Origin: a virus
Lineage: Duplodnaviria; Caudoviricetes
Reading direction: 5' to 3' (one strand)
Virus record (IMG/VR): IMGVR_UViG_3300042945_000786
Location: 1-52,740 of that record
DNA: 52,740 nucleotides
Within the stretch, counting starts at the first letter, position 1. Every line of letters starts with the position of its first letter. A program made the position numbers and the translations under genes. The notes under the pieces were generated by a model. It was not told the DNA's origin, did no database searches, and worked only from the letters and a program-made list of their open reading frames with translations. Shown here one piece after another: positions 51,266 to 52,740 of the stretch.

Positions 51266-51499
51266 CTACTTCGACTTCATCATGCACATGCCAGCCGCTT
51301 TGCACTTGGCTGGCGATTTACACATCGAGCAGGCCTTGAAGGCCTTGCCGCCCTTGGCCATCTTGCCGACACCGTCAGCGGCGAAGGCGGGAACCTTCTT
51401 CCCGTCCTTCTCGACCATCTTCAGTTTGCCACCGGCAGCCATCTTCTTGCTGGAGGGGGCAGTCGCGATCTGCTTGCCCATGTTCCCACGGCTCATCAT
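51266..51499 (-). CDS. Small basic protein with Cys motif
   Basis: MAAGG, VPAFAADGVGKMAKGG, C..C..P..C....C. Confidence 0.75.
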   Translation of the reverse strand: MMSRGNMGKQIATAPSSKKMAAGGKLKMVEKDGKKVPAFAADGVGKMAKGGKAFKACSMCKSPAKCKAAGMCMMKSK

Positions 51500-51636
51500 T
51501 TCTTCGGTCCCTTCTTGGCGACACCCTTGATAGTGCCCTTGTTCTCGGAGGCGTAGAACACACGCTCTCCGCGCTCCTTGCCATACTGCTTCTGCATGGC
51601 CTTCTTGATCTTCTCGCCCTTCTTCGTCAGCGGCAT
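51496..51636 (-). CDS. Small basic protein
   Basis: MPLTKKGEKI...M.KQYG...GE.VFYAS.NKG.I.GV. Confidence 0.8.
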   Translation of the reverse strand: MPLTKKGEKIKKAMQKQYGKERGERVFYASENKGTIKGVAKKGPKK

Positions 51637-51643
51637 GATACCC

Positions 51644-51904
51644 TCAGCAGTTCCAAGCCCGTAGGCTCTTGTTGATGCGAGAATCAGGATCGTTCCGAGT
51701 CTTCTCACTGGTGAGCTTCTTCTTCATCCCGGACATCCGGGCGCAGAAGCTCTTGCGCCGACCGGCGTCAGCCTTCGTCTTGGGGTTCGGCGCCGGGGGC
51801 TTGAGGTTCATGCCCTGAGCCTTGGCAGAGGCGCGGCCCTTGGCGTTGAGACCACCCTTCGGGTCTTTGCCTTCCTTGCGTGTCCATGCGGGAGACTTAG
51901 CCAT
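51644..51904 (-). CDS. Small basic protein (DUF6321-like)
   Basis: AW.RKEGK.P.GGLNAKGR, RRKSFCARM.G, SLR.W.C. Confidence 0.8.
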   Translation of the reverse strand: MAKSPAWTRKEGKDPKGGLNAKGRASAKAQGMNLKPPAPNPKTKADAGRRKSFCARMSGMKKKLTSEKTRNDPDSRINKSLRAWNC

Positions 51905-52673
51905 TTGACACCAGAAGGAGAATGAACATCGAAGATGCTTCGTTGTTGTTGGAGCTACCCTGCGCCGTCGCCTCAATGGTCGTCTTCTCTGGAATCCGCA
52001 GCGGGTACTCGAACACATAGTCCGCGACGCCATTGTTGACCGTAGTAATCGCGGCGGTCCTGCGGATGTTGTCTTGCCCTATCGTCAGAAGGCGACCAGT
52101 AACCTGCGCGCTACCACCGGGCTGGCCAGCCGAGAACAGACCCTGAGACACATATGCCGTGTACCCAGCCGGGACCGTGTAGCTACCGGTGATCCGTTGG
52201 TTGTAGTCGAACTTGATGAGGTCGTACACGGTTGCCGGTACGCCTGCGGTGACAACACCGGCGCCGAAGTAGATGTCCCCTGCGGCAGACAAGCCAGAAC
52301 CTGCGGTCGCGATGTGGGCGTTGTTGATGTGCAGGTACGAGTTCGTAGTGAGGACCTCTGTCTGACCATTCAGCGTCACAGTCTCACTGATCTCGGCATA
52401 GTTGGCATCAAGTCCAGACAGAAATACCGTGCGCGCACCAGTACCGTTGGCAGTGTCATTGGCATTGCTCGACGAAACCTTCAGTTGCGCAGCGGGGGAA
52501 GGGAACGTCAGAATGCCCGTGTAGGGCCACACTGTCACCCTAGTCGTGTCAACGTCCGGATTGTAGCCGAAGATAACGACGCTCCTGTGCCCCGTGATCT
52601 GTCCACGGGAGACTTGAAGATCAAATGGCTCGGTAAGCCCAAACCGAGAGATGGAAGAAAGTTCCCGAGCCAT
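51897..52673 (-). CDS. Hypothetical virion-cluster protein
   Basis: FGYNPDVD, GTGART....GLD.NY..ISE...LNG, EKT.IE. Confidence 0.8.
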   Translation of the reverse strand: MARELSSISRFGLTEPFDLQVSRGQITGHRSVVIFGYNPDVDTTRVTVWPYTGILTFPSPAAQLKVSSSNANDTANGTGARTVFLSGLDANYAEISETVTLNGQTEVLTTNSYLHINNAHIATAGSGLSAAGDIYFGAGVVTAGVPATVYDLIKFDYNQRITGSYTVPAGYTAYVSQGLFSAGQPGGSAQVTGRLLTIGQDNIRRTAAITTVNNGVADYVFEYPLRIPEKTTIEATAQGSSNNNEASSMFILLLVSNG

Positions 52674-52682
52674 CCTTGCTCC

Positions 52683-52740
52683 TCACGACCAGAAGATCGT
52701 TGCCGCTGTGACGTTGGTGGCAGTAGAGACATGCGGGTCG
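52683..52740 (-). CDS. 3' end of a gene entering from outside the window
   Basis: DPHVSTATNVTAATIFWS-stop, followed by the RBS of the next gene. Confidence 0.55.
   Translation of the reverse strand, partial: DPHVSTATNVTAATIFWS

Noticed and set aside
1-52740. tRNA or rRNA genes, transposase, integrase, stop-codon reassignment
   Set aside because: None recognised by eye; genes are intact under the standard code with TGA, TAA and TAG all used as stops. A tRNAscan or Infernal run would be needed to exclude small RNAs.

Overview
Most of the genome of a GC-rich, podovirus-like tailed phage, probably infecting an alphaproteobacterium (inferred from the GcrA-like and AlpA regulators, the hemO-pcyX cassette and the codon usage). 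Layout: a probable terL start and terS at the left end, separated by a non-coding block with an AT-rich inverted-repeat element and a G-quadruplex motif; a rightward early region of small genes punctuated by five conserved ~48-nt hairpins and a repeated stop/RBS junction; a damaged AAA-ATPase/DUF2201-vWA module; replication and recombination genes (Twinkle/T7 gp4-like primase-helicase, RusA, PD-(D/E)xK nuclease, Sak-like annealing protein, SSB); and a ~35 kb leftward virion/lysis arm. Portal, capsid, DNA polymerase and integrase genes are not seen in the window. Main highlights: (1) two apparently real genes nested in the +1 frame inside other genes, one directly after a glycosylase-like domain of the 2989-aa polyvalent virion protein (candidate embedded immunity protein) and one in the endolysin linker; (2) a heme oxygenase plus PcyX-type bilin reductase cassette translationally coupled inside the tail-fibre operon; (3) an early-gene array with covarying RNA hairpins, C-terminal Ala-Ala degron-like ends and SSB-tail mimics. 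All family calls come from motif recognition by eye, not from database searches.
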